Below, in pieces: positions 39,447 through 52,200 of a DNA stretch of 64,000 bases. Source of the DNA: Lytechinus pictus (Eukaryota); contig NC_087246.1 of the NCBI RefSeq assembly GCF_037042905.1, positions 9,116,001-9,180,000 on the forward strand, given 5' to 3'. The notes under the pieces are model-generated. The model worked only from the letters and a program-made list of their open reading frames with translations, ran no database searches and was not told where the DNA came from. The first letter of the stretch is position 1; each line of letters opens with the position of its first letter. Made by a program: the position numbers and the translations under genes.

Positions 39447-40245
39447 TGAGGAAGTAGTTAACTGCAGTACATTTTCCAGGGGTTTAGCCATAGTATGCTG
39501 TTGCTATAGCAACACAATATCCAAACTGTGCTTAAATGTGTCTGACACATCTTTATCTCAAAAAATTTCATGAGCTTGGGTAATCAACAGGATTTTTACA
39601 CATTTATGGCTGTAATGCCGCATCACCAATGCAATGCAGCTTCCAACACATGGGAAAACATGTCTTGCAAATGTACATGTATACCTCAAGGCCAATGTGT
39701 TTAATTTAATATGCATAAATAAAAAACTGACTAGTTAGCTTCACTGGCAAGATGTTTACATAATTATTCAATAATGCCATAATATGCTGCTAGCATGGCA
39801 ACACTTTTCTGTCACAAGCGAGTGTTTTGTGCTTTCCGGGCAGTAGTTGGCAGGTTCGAATCCCACTGGTTCCAATTTTTTCTGACTTATGATTTTCATT
39901 ACAGATCGAGCATGCGATCTTAAGCACATAGGAGTAATGCCAAAAATTTGTTTACAAACTATAATTTCCTCCTATTAAAGCCTCTTTATTTATGTTTTGT
40001 GCATCTTTACAAAAAAAAGAAACGTATGAGCCAAATTCCATGATAATTGGCCAAAAACTGAGGATGCAGTTCAACAGACCAACAGCCATTCTGATAGTAT
40101 GCTGATTCCTGTACCCCCTTCAAATTTCATTAAGTGGGGTTTAATAAAAAAGATGGCATTTTTCACTCAAATGTATTAGTGATTGAGTAGTTATTTGTGA
40201 CATTTTCTTGAGAATGACCCAGAAATGACAATAGATTTTATATAG

Positions 40246-43200
40246 CTAACTGTACAATTCCTCTCTTTTCTCACGTAATTGGCGCTGGATATCCTGTGGT
40301 AATTTGCCTTGAGGTGTTAAGGTGAATGAACCTGTAATAAACGAAGATTTCAAAACAGTGGAAATATATGGTTCACCGCCTCCATTTAGTCCCCTGCTAG
40401 GTGTATCTAATGCTGTCCAATTCGATGTTGTTGTGCCTGTAAACCAATGCAGAGTTGCAGAATCTTCATGCAGTGCTGTTATTTTGCCAACTTGCGGCCA
40501 TTCATTGCGATATTCTTCAAGGAAGACGCACATCATCTGCCCAATATCAGGAACCATAGGTTGTTTCTTCTGTGAAGTCTTACGTCCAAGATTGACCTAT
40601 CATTTGAAGAAAAAAACTTTTTAGACAAGACAAACAGGTATACATGCATTAAAACATCAGCACTGGTTTTCCAGCTTTTAAAAATAAAAAGTCATAATGC
40701 ACATGTAACCGGTAGGGGTGGAATTTTGAACACTTCTATAAGTAGACATGAAACTTGAATATTTTATTTGTGTGAAATGCAGTCTTACCATTCTTGCCTC
40801 CCGCAAGTTTTTTTATGCACTTTTTTCCTTTTAATTGAGGGGGCAGGTCACAATAGCAACAACAAATTTCTTTGGACCAAAGACAGATATAGATCAAGAG
40901 CCTTGATTTCCAATCTATAAAAAGTAAAAACATGTAAAATACAAGTAAAGTATAACTGGTAATATATTGCTGTGCTGAACTTACTGGAGGGATTGGGTCC
41001 TGCTCATCATTGGATAAATAGATGTCTGAATTGATAGCATTCTGTTCATCAGCAGCAATGGCATCCTTAGACATCAAAATGTCTAGCAGTATCCAAGTTT
41101 GGAGTGAGCCTTCTGTGCAGATTAAAAAGAAAAAAAAAGAAAAAACACTTAACAATTTTGAATAAGTCCATTACTAAACTTCTATGTGGCATGTGACGCT
41201 GTTAACCACAAATATGTGTAGCCACGACTTTGCATGAGATCTTTCATACCAACTTACACATAAGTATATAGGGGAGATTGGGGTTAGTTGGAACGCGAGG
41301 TAAGTTGAAACATTGTAATTTTCTTTAACGCTTTTAAATAAATTTATTGCCATTTTCAACAGCCATCCACCAGACAACACATGTGCAATAAGTCTGGTGA
41401 AGTTAGAAAGGAATTTTTGTTTTTCACCTTCTGAGTAATTTTTTTCTCTTTCAGAAATTTTTTATTATCTCAGACAAGTTTATAGATCAAATTGGCCAGT
41501 TTGGGGAGAAAATAGACACTTGTACCAACCTGTCATCTACTGCTTGTCGGGCAGTAGATGACAGGTTCGAATCCCACTGGTTCCATTTTTTTCTGACTTA
41601 TGGTTTTCATTATATAAAGCATGCGATCTTAAACACATAGGAGTAATGCCAAAAATTTGTTCGCATTATTATTATTGCTTACCATCTTCTGCACCAAAAG
41701 AATGAAGCAGTTGCAGCCACTCTTGATGCTCGGAGTCATTAAGGTAGGGACGATACTTCACCATGTCTCTACGTAGACGATCAAGATGAAGTTCTTCAAT
41801 TTTCCTTGAAACAACTTCTGGCAATCCAGGGGGATGCTCTTTCAGTATATAACTGGCACCTGTTGTTGCTGTCCAGAATGGACTACTGCTCCATTTTTTG
41901 GTGTTTATGATGGCATGTCCTTGAATTTTTGTTATTTTAAATTGATGTGGCAGGCTATGATGTGATGGTTTATTTATGTGTGTTTCAAGCCAGTCCCTAA
42001 TGTTATATATGATGTGTATCCTTTCTGCTGTTGTGTTTGGCTTCTTGTATGAAAGTGGAATATGATGTAGTAAAGATGAAAGTGTGGGAATGTTATGTTT
42101 TGATGTATGTGTAGATATCCTACTGAACAGCTGATCAATGTCCTCGTGGGTGTGCCCTTTCATTAGGAAGCACAATTTGACCTGTAAAGACATAAACAAG
42201 AGAAGCAATGTAAACAATGTAACTACAAGGAGTATTTCATGTGGTAATAGTTATTATATTTGGCACTACTGCTATCTACATACAATACCACTTTATATCA
42301 AATATCAATGTGTAGGATTCTCTTCCTACCCCTATACAAGACAATATGTAATGTTGACATTGCCACCAAAAAGTAGTAGCACCTGTCTATCTTCCTCTAT
42401 GTGGGCAAAATGAAATATACTGTACGATTAGTTTTCAGTTTTTCACATACCATTTTTCAACGGTCAATACATGTCTATACTTATGACTACAAATTGTTAA
42501 TTTTATTCTTCTACTCATTTTGACTGTTACCTTTTTGAACACGTTGAGTTCCACAAGAAGAGCACACAAAGCAAGAAGACATTGATTTTTGTTCTCCCTC
42601 CCGCAGTTATCCATTTGGAGGTATAGTGTGTCAGGAAGAGAATTAGCATATTTATTTAAAACTTGAAGAAGAATGTTCGCAGTGAGGTTGGAGTCGTGGG
42701 GATACTCTTTGTTGTCGACAAACATGTGTTGTCCCCGCCCATGAACTATTGTCCCAGTTACATGCGATGGGAGTCTCCATGCTGATGAAATTGATTTGGC
42801 TGTTCGGTAAAATTTCGGAATGCTGGTGGATTGCTGGTCCATTCCATCGATGATGATGCTGATGTACTTCTCTGGATGTTGTCTTGCTTTTTGTGCATGT
42901 TTGTAGTACTTCATTCTTTCAGTTCTGTAGAAATAATAAGGGAGAAATGCTTAAATGAAGCACAATTTATAGATTTTTCAGGCAAGAACTTAACATTGCA
43001 AATAGAAGCTATTGAAAAATATGACACAATTTAGTAAATGAAATCTTTCATGATATTCACTGTGATATAGTCAAGCAGATTGATCTTTGTTTCTATACAA
43101 TATATATGATCTCAAATTATTTTTCCCATATTTTGCCCCAAGGGGCAGTTTTATTTACAATAAATGAAAGCTTGCATGTTTTCAAAAGTAGAATAATTAT

Positions 43201-46200
43201 ATGAATTATACATATAATGCTTCAGCATACTCAATTTTTAAATTATTTGTTTTCTTTCCCATTTATATCATAATTGTAACATTCATCCCAAAATTATGTT
43301 TCAATTGGCTTTTGTACATGTATCTTTTTAACATCTCACATTATCAGAGTGAAAAGTACAATACCACAAAATTTCCATACATATATGGACAGGGTTTATC
43401 AATAACTGTTTCATTTCTTCAGAATAGGAAAACTCTAATTCCAGGAGGAATTAAACAGTCGTGCAATTCATAAAATTGTTGATTTTTCTCATATATCACT
43501 TGCTTATACTAAACAAGTGGAGCGCCTCTGGCAGTCTCGCCTGCATCACACAATTCTATATAGAAGCAGAGCTGACTATGGGAATGACTATAAAATAGTT
43601 ATTCACAAAAAACACCATTCATATAATAATATACTACTATGTTCATTGACCCTAAATGAAACTTAACCTTGATCAAGTGACCAACGTCTTGTACAAAATG
43701 AGCCATGATGTTGAATTACCCCTATATGTATGTCCACATTTCATTAACTATATCCAAAACTTTCAAATTTATGATGGCAATTCAACAATTACCCACAACA
43801 TGGCCAAAGTTCAAAGTAACAATGGTAATTCAACAAATACCCCCAACATGGCAAAGTATTATTGAATATCCTGACCTGAAACTCAGGCAGGATATTCAAT
43901 AATACTTATGTCCTAGTTTCATGAACTAGGTCCACATGACATGCGGACTCCAAATTCCAATTTTGCCTGTATTTTGGTGTCATCTACCTACACATCAAAA
44001 TTTGTTATAATCTGTTGCATATCAAACTCAGCCTGTATCTGTTGAATATTTCATAAGTTATCATGCGGAAACCAACTCGCATATTTAATGAGCTGTGACC
44101 TTTGACCTGCAGATTCTGAATTCTAACTTAGCTTGTATTTTGGTGTCATCTACCTATACACCAACATGTTTTTAAAATCTGTTGAACATTTCATAAGTTA
44201 CCATGAGGAAACCAACTCGCATGTTTAATGAGCTGTGACCATTGACCTATGACCTGTGGACTCCAAATTCGAACTTAGCCATAGCCTTTCAAAGATTTCA
44301 ATGTCATGATGCCGCCACCGTCACTGTCGGTAAAGCAGCTCCTATTTTCTTGCTATGCTATGCAGGCAAAACAATTATTCAGAAAGAAATAGTAAATATC
44401 ATACTTTTGTTGAGTAAGATGATCCTCCCTTTGTTGCTGGAGGGCTTTCCTCGCTTGTTTGTCATTGGTTCTTTCGATGCTTTGCTTAAGTTGAGTACAG
44501 ATATCACATTTTGAAAACCTGTTCACCTGTTATAAAGAATAAAAAATCATGAGTAATCAGTCTTGATTAACAAGTGGAACACATCTGGCAATGTTGTCTG
44601 AATTATGCTATTCAGCATCAGTGCCAACAACAAAAAAACATGTAAAATGAATAATTTTTCAAAAAGAGAAGAAAAAAATACAAATTCATTAAATAATAAA
44701 ATACAAAGTTTGTTGACCTAAAATGACATTTGACCTTTGCCCAGTGACCTGAAATTACATTTCTCCATTTGCTAATACCTGATAACCATTATATGACAGT
44801 TTTATGGACTAGGGACTTACACTTGCAAAATTATCTTTCAAAATTTTAAACTTGGTTCAGTTTCTCTTAATTATACAGCATGTGTCAGAAAAAAGAAAAC
44901 CAAAATTCAGGGTAATATTTTACCATCAAAATTATAAATATGCTTCATGGATGTACATCAATGAAAAGATACACTTCCCCTCTTTCATTTGAAGCCCATT
45001 GGTGCTAGCAAACTTCCATTTGCACGAGCAAATTATGAATTTGAGTAAGTTTTCTGGCTCTTACTGCTTTGTATTTGGAAAAACAAAGTTCATAACTTTA
45101 ATATTAATTTCTCCACATTTCATATGAGACCTCGTACGTAAAACATGAATGACGCATTGTCAAGAAAAGTTGCCTGAAACATGCTTGATTTCCATCCATT
45201 GGTGGGATCATTGAAAAACAAGCATATCCAACAACAAAGCGAACTGGCTACGGGTGAATGAGCGGTGAGTATAATTTTATGGTTGGCTGGAATGTTCAAT
45301 GGGGGGAGGGGGGGTTGATCAACTAGGTCAAGTCCACTCCAGAAAAATGTTGATTTGAATGAATAGAGAAAAATCAAACTAGCATAACGCTGAAAATTTC
45401 ATCAAAATCGGACACAAAATAAGAAAGTTATGACATTCTTAACTTTTGCTTATTTTTCACAAAACAGTGACATGCACAACTCAGTGTCATGCTGATGAGT
45501 CAATCGATGATGTCCATCACTCACTATTTCTTTTGTTTTTTATTGTTTGAATTATACAATATTTCATTTTTTACAGATTTGACAATAAGGACCAAGTTGA
45601 CTGAATCATATAGTATTAAATAATGCTAATTCCAAATATTCAGGGAGGAATTAATAGCTGTTTCACCTGACAATGAGGAGAAAATTAGAATATTTCATAT
45701 TTCATGTAATAAAATACAAAAGAAAGAGTGAGTAGATGACATCATCAATCTCCTCATTTGCATACCCACCATGATATGCATGTAACTGTTATGTGAAATT
45801 AAGCGAAACTTTAAATGATGACCCTTTAACTTTGATCTATGATCTCCCGAACTAATCAGATCATTGTCAATCCAGTGAGCATACATCTTCAAATTTTGAA
45901 GTTGATACCTTAAAACTTGATCACTATCACAAGTACGAGGTATTTATCTCTTGAGACCTTGAATCTTTCAAAAATTATTGAATGAAAATTACCTTTGGGA
46001 TAGTCAAATGTGACATTTCTTTTTTCCATATTCGATAGAAATGTTCTTTACAGCAAACTTCTTCTCCAAGGTCCTCCAGCTCCTCTTTCATGATCTGATG
46101 CACACTGGCACGTGTCAGGCAAGACGGCAAGTGAATCTTGTCTTGAGCTGGCAGTTTATCTCCGAATCTGCGGGAGAATCTGTCTAACCATATCAAAGAG

Positions 46201-49200
46201 GAAGCAACTGCTCTTGACTGCATGCCTCGTCTGTGTTGGTTTGGGGGAAGATATGCCTTTAGTCCATCTGTAACAAAGGGGATAAAAATTTAGCTTATTC
46301 CTGCCCAAAGCAGAAGTACATGCTATGGGTATTCTGATGCTTCACACTATTGATGAGTTTTCATCGAAATACTCTTGTGCTAAATGTGACAAGATAAATT
46401 TGCTTATATCATAACTAATATCATAACTTGACTTCAACAATGAAGGGCTTAGACAGATGTTACAAATACCTACTTGTTAGTCACATGCTTTGGTAATTCT
46501 CTTCTTAGATGATTGCATCACTTGATAGTAAGATGTGATCAAGGTTTTTCCTACATACAATCTGCTTCAGTCAACTATTAGGTTTTGCAAATGGAAAAAT
46601 GGTTGCATTTGGTGAAATTTGACTTACCATTAGGTATTTATTTTGTGAAATCAATTACCAGTATATCAAAACTAATTACCTTGGAAATGGGAATTTATCT
46701 GCCAAAGCCTTGTCCTGGAGATTCCTAAGGCTAATCGCCATCCACGCTGACAAATTTCTGTCACCCCAATACTGAATCTGATTAAGATCAGGTTCCCAGA
46801 TGCTTCATGATGTTCCAAGAGGTATTCCAAAATCCATTTCCTCTGCTCCCATTTTGCTTTCTCTAGGAATTTATTCCTACAGGCGGCTGCTTCTCTTCTG
46901 GAAACTTTGTGTAGACAATAGTTTTTGCAGCATTTCATTCTTAATATTGATGCTAACTCTCGACTGGACTTGTTTTTTTCTGCAATGTGAAAATACCATA
47001 TTACAGCCATTAGCATATCAAAACAAATCGATACTTGATTACTCTTATGTCCAAGTTTCATGAATCAGATCCATATGATGGTAATGATAGTTCAACAGAT
47101 ACCCCCAACATGGCCAAAGTTCATTGACTTTTGACCTTAGTCATGTGACCTGAAATTTGCACAGGATGTTCAGTGATACCCGATTACTCTTATGTCCAAG
47201 GTTTATGAACTACATGTAGACCAATAAACTTTCAAAGTTATGATGGTAATTCAAGAGATACCCCCAACTTGGCCAAAGTTCTTTGACCCTAAATGACCTT
47301 TGACCTTAGTCATGTGACTTGAAACACAGGCAGGATGCTCAGTAATACCTGATTAACATTATGGCCAAGTTTAATGAACTAGGTCTATATACTTTCTAAG
47401 TAATGCTGTCATTTCAAAAACTTTACCTTCGATTAAGATTTGGTGTTGATGCCGCCGGAAAAGCGGCGCCTATAGTCTCACTCTGCTATGCAGGTGAGAC
47501 AAAAAAATATATTCATAACATATTCTCGTCCTAATCAGACCAGTGGCCTTATGGCAAACACCTACAATGTGGGGAGGCATTGAAACTCACTTCTTTTCTT
47601 AACACTCAATGAAGGAATACTTGCACAAGATGAATCAGAACTGCCATCAACAAAATGTACACGGGTGCGTTTTCTACCTCGGAGAGCTGCATAAAAAGTA
47701 CAAAGTTTAGGATTTTCAATCCATTAATATGTACATGTATGAATGTTTTAAGATTATATAGACAAGATTTGAGTACTCTTAATCAAATTATTAAGGCTCA
47801 AAGACCTAGTACATGCAACATGCTGATGAAGATTATAAATTTTGATGTCATATTAAAAATTGATGTCTCCGCGATCATTGTCAGAGAAAAAATGCATGTA
47901 TATTAAACACCTATCTGTTAATTTTATTGACTCTTGATCCTGGGACCCTAAAATTTACATCAATCATAGTATGAAGTCAACACGATTGGTGGGGTACATG
48001 TATGTACCCCTTCACAACTTCAGCTCAACTCATCCAGTGGATGATGGGGGGGGGGTGTTTCAAAAAGATAGAAGTATGACTTATACAGTGCGTATCAAAA
48101 AAAAAAGTTTACAATTAGAAAAAGTCCTGTAAAATTATACATTTGTAATATCCTGAAGATTTTTTGACATTTTAACATTGGTACAGATCAATTTAAGCAA
48201 ATGATGATATAACTGTCGAAAAATATTTCCGCTTGAGTGAGCACCACTTACTTTTGAAAAGTTAGTGAAAAATGATTTGCGCAGAACTTTGAAATAGTTA
48301 TGTGAATAAAAGTAGAACCCAATCATGAGGAACACATGGAATTTAGCTAGTGAAATTGATTTGTATACTTTTTAAACTTGTTTCCTTGCCCAAAACACTT
48401 CAAAGAGTGCCATTGCGCCCCACCCAACTCCCCCACGCACTGAGGCCAACGTGACGATATTTGCTTTACACTGAGGTGTGATTTACATGAATTGGCTTAG
48501 GCTTGATTTTCATTTTGTTGATCATTGTCAAGCTTTGGAAAAGTGTGGAGAAACAAGTATTAAATAAAAAAGTAATATGTAAACCCACTTTAATTGATAA
48601 AAACTTAGTGAAAAAATTTTGGTGTTGGAGATGTCTGATATGAGCTTTTGTTTAGATTTAGTTATGTCCCCAGATCCAGCTGGCATAAAAAAAGGTAAAG
48701 GCTGTGCTTGCAAAGTGTTAAAACTTTAATTTTGGTGGCAAAATTGTTACTAAATGCTTGCATGTATTCGTTTTACTTCAACTGACTCAAAGTGCAAAGA
48801 AGATGTATGAGAAATGTTTTGCAGGGTAAGTTTGATTTCGCCTTTTCCCCTTGACACAGTGTGAAAACAAGCATTTCTGTGCAAACAGATTTCTGCCAGC
48901 TTTACAAACATGGACAGTTCTCCTTCAAGTGTAACATTCTGTCAAAATTTTTACTTTAATTGGATAGATGAGACCTAAATCCAAGAATATATGTGAAAAA
49001 ATTACCCACATGTTGTTTATTTTTAATTCCCAGGGCTTTTTCAAAGTGTAAACTTTTTTTTTTATACGCACTGTATAGTCGTATATAAATGCCTATGTGT
49101 ACATGAATGAAATGCACAATCTTCATGCAGTAATGCGCATCCATTAATGTAGTATATTCGCTCGAAGATCTAGAAATGTCAGTTTGAACCTGTACATTTA

Positions 49201-52200
49201 AATGACACCAATCCAGTTTTCCTCAAAGTTAAAAATAACCAGATAGGAAACACCTGCATTTTTGAATAAGTTGATAAATTACCATAAAAATGACATACAG
49301 CAATATAGCATTCTACTGACGGGGTGGGGGTATTATGTAATAGACGGGTCAATATACGACCAAAAATACCTCTACCCGGAACTAATTGCAACAAATGATT
49401 TTTCAACGGCTTTTTGTACCATTTGACCTCAGGAATAACATACTAAAAATCTACCAAAATCAATATCCGGGAAAGTGGTTATTTTTAAGATGGCGTCCAA
49501 GATGGCCGCCATTCACTGAAAATGGATACAACTGACTCATTATCCACCCTAGAATCCTATTTCGATTCATATTCCATGGTGTAGGGGGTAAAAAAATTGT
49601 TGATACAAGCTAGAGTGAATCATAAGCCTTCCAGTGTACCTGGAAAATCCAAGATGGTGCACAAAATGGCTGCCACAGGCTGAAAACCCACAATTCATCT
49701 TAGTGGCTTTAGTTTGGTTTTCATTCAATGATTTTAAGGGTGAAGTAGTACATTGGAACAAGTTACAAGGACAGCCAATGGTCTGGTGTGTCAAAAATCC
49801 AAGATGGTGTCCAAAAATCCAAAAGGGCTTCCAAAAATTGAATTTAAAATGACTGTTGATAATTAAAATGGACATAGTTCATTTCATATCCACCTGGGAC
49901 ATAATGATTTGGGTGTCTCGACCATGTTTTCAATAGTCAAAAAAGACATTGAGACAAGTGACCAGGACAGTCAGTGGTCCATTATGGAGCGTTGTGGCCC
50001 AGTGGATTAGTCTTCTGACTTTGAAACAGAGGGACGTGGGTTCGAATCCCAGCCATGGCGTAATTTCCTTCAGCAAGAAACTCATCCACATTGTGCTGCA
50101 CTCAACCCAGGTGAGGTGAATGGGTACCTGGTAGGAAGAAATTCCTTGAATGCTTGAGCGCCTAGGCAGCTCAGCTAAAGCCGGGGTAATAATGATAGCA
50201 GGGCCCGCTGGGAGAACAGTTTTCTTAAGTATGACCAAAAATCCAATAGGGCTTCCGAAAATTGATTCTAAAATGGCTGCTAATACTTAAAAGTGGCATA
50301 GCTCATTTTATATCCGCCTGTTAGATATGATTTCGGTGTCTAAAATATGGTTTCAAGGGTCAAATAAAATATTAGGACAAGTTACAATGACAATCAGTGG
50401 TCTAGAATGTCAGAAATTCGAAGATGGCTTCCAAAAATGGAGTAAAAAATGTCTGATGTTACTTATAAAAGGACAGTTTGTTCAATATCTGTCTGGGGAA
50501 TATGAGTTTGGTGTCTAAACCATGGTTCGAAGGGTCAGGTAATACACTAGGGTAAGTTACAAGATCAGTTGTCTGTATGTTAAAAAAAATCCAAGGTGAC
50601 TTTAAAAAAATTGGGTGTAAATTGACAGTTGTTACTTAACAGTGTACATAGTTTATTAAAAATACACCTTGGGGGTATGCTTTTGGTGTTGAGTTAAGTT
50701 GAAAGGACAATCAGGTGTCAGGTATGTCCAAATATCGAAGATGGCTTTAAAAATTGGGGTTTTAAATGACTGTTGTTACTTGGGGGTATTATTTTGGCAT
50801 CTACATTAGGGTTTCAAGGGTAAAAAATACTTTGGGACTGGATACCATGATATGCCGTTATCCATTTTGCCTTTAAGTCCAAGATGGCTTCAAAAAATGG
50901 GTTCCAAAGTGAGTGCTGTTACTCAAAAGTGGACATATATAGTTCAAACAATATCCACCTGTGAGAAATAATCTTGGTGCCTACACTTTCCTCGTTTTCA
51001 TATTGTTTCATGAGTCAGTAACAGCACCCACTTTGATGAAATTTTAGAATCCACCATGGATTTTTTTGGACAAAATGTAATAACCATCTTTGTTACATGT
51101 ACATGTACTTGTCTGAATGTATTATATGACCCTTCATACCACAATTTAGACACCAACATTTCTTCCAGATAGATATTGTAGAACTGTGACCATTATTGAG
51201 TGATATGAGTCATTTTAGATGCCTTTTTTGAAAACCCTCTTGGATTTTTAGGAAAACAGGACGATTGCATATCAATGTAACCGGTTCAAACGTATTATAT
51301 TAACCATGAAACCATAGTGCTGACACCGAAATCACATCTACTTGGTGGATTTGAAATGAACTATGTCCATTTTTAAAGTAACAGCAGTCATTTTAGACTC
51401 CGTTTTTTGGAAGCCATCTACGATTTTCGACATACTGGACCACCGACTGTCTGTTACTAATTTTCTGAATTTAAAAATCATATGCCTTGACGGATATTAC
51501 ATGAACTGTGTCCATTTGCAAATAAAAGGGGCCCTATTGTACAATTTTTTTTAACCCTAATTCTCCCGGAGGGGGGGGGGGCCATAATGGCCCCCCTTGA
51601 CAATTTTCGCGATATATCTGCTGCGCAAAATTTTTTGACCTCGCCGCTCACTGACTTTTTACCCTCAAGTCTCGCGCAAATTATGAGACCAAATTTGTGA
51701 TGCCCGGGTACCCGGTTACGACATTACGCAACATTATGTAAATGCATGTCAGACCCAAAATTGCTCATAAACGTGATTTCATGTACAAATCCAATGCAAA
51801 TTGTGTATTTAGCAAAAATTCATAAATATATCATTATTTCTACTTTTACTGATTAAACTTAAGTAATTTTGCCTTGTTTATGATCAGAATTAAGTCTGGA
51901 ACGATTTCCATTGAAAAAAACAATAAAAAACAAAAAGTAAAAAAACAAAGAAATACATAAGAAATTAAAAAAACAATAAAATACATAAGAAATTGGTCTT
52001 TGTACCAGAATTCTTTTCATTCACAATTGTTAGGAATGCTATAAAGAATATTTTCACCAAAAAATAGCATTCTAGGTGCTTTATTTAGTGAATCAGAGCA
52101 AAAAGTATGATTTCATGAATAAATTAGCATAATTAATTCATATAAAATAAAAATATATGAATTCAGTGAAATTCACCAATGCAACTGCGTAGATTACATC

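Noticed and set aside
49986..50060. tRNA gene
   Set aside because: The acceptor stem is poor and the sequence continues into a SINE core, so it is called a SINE.
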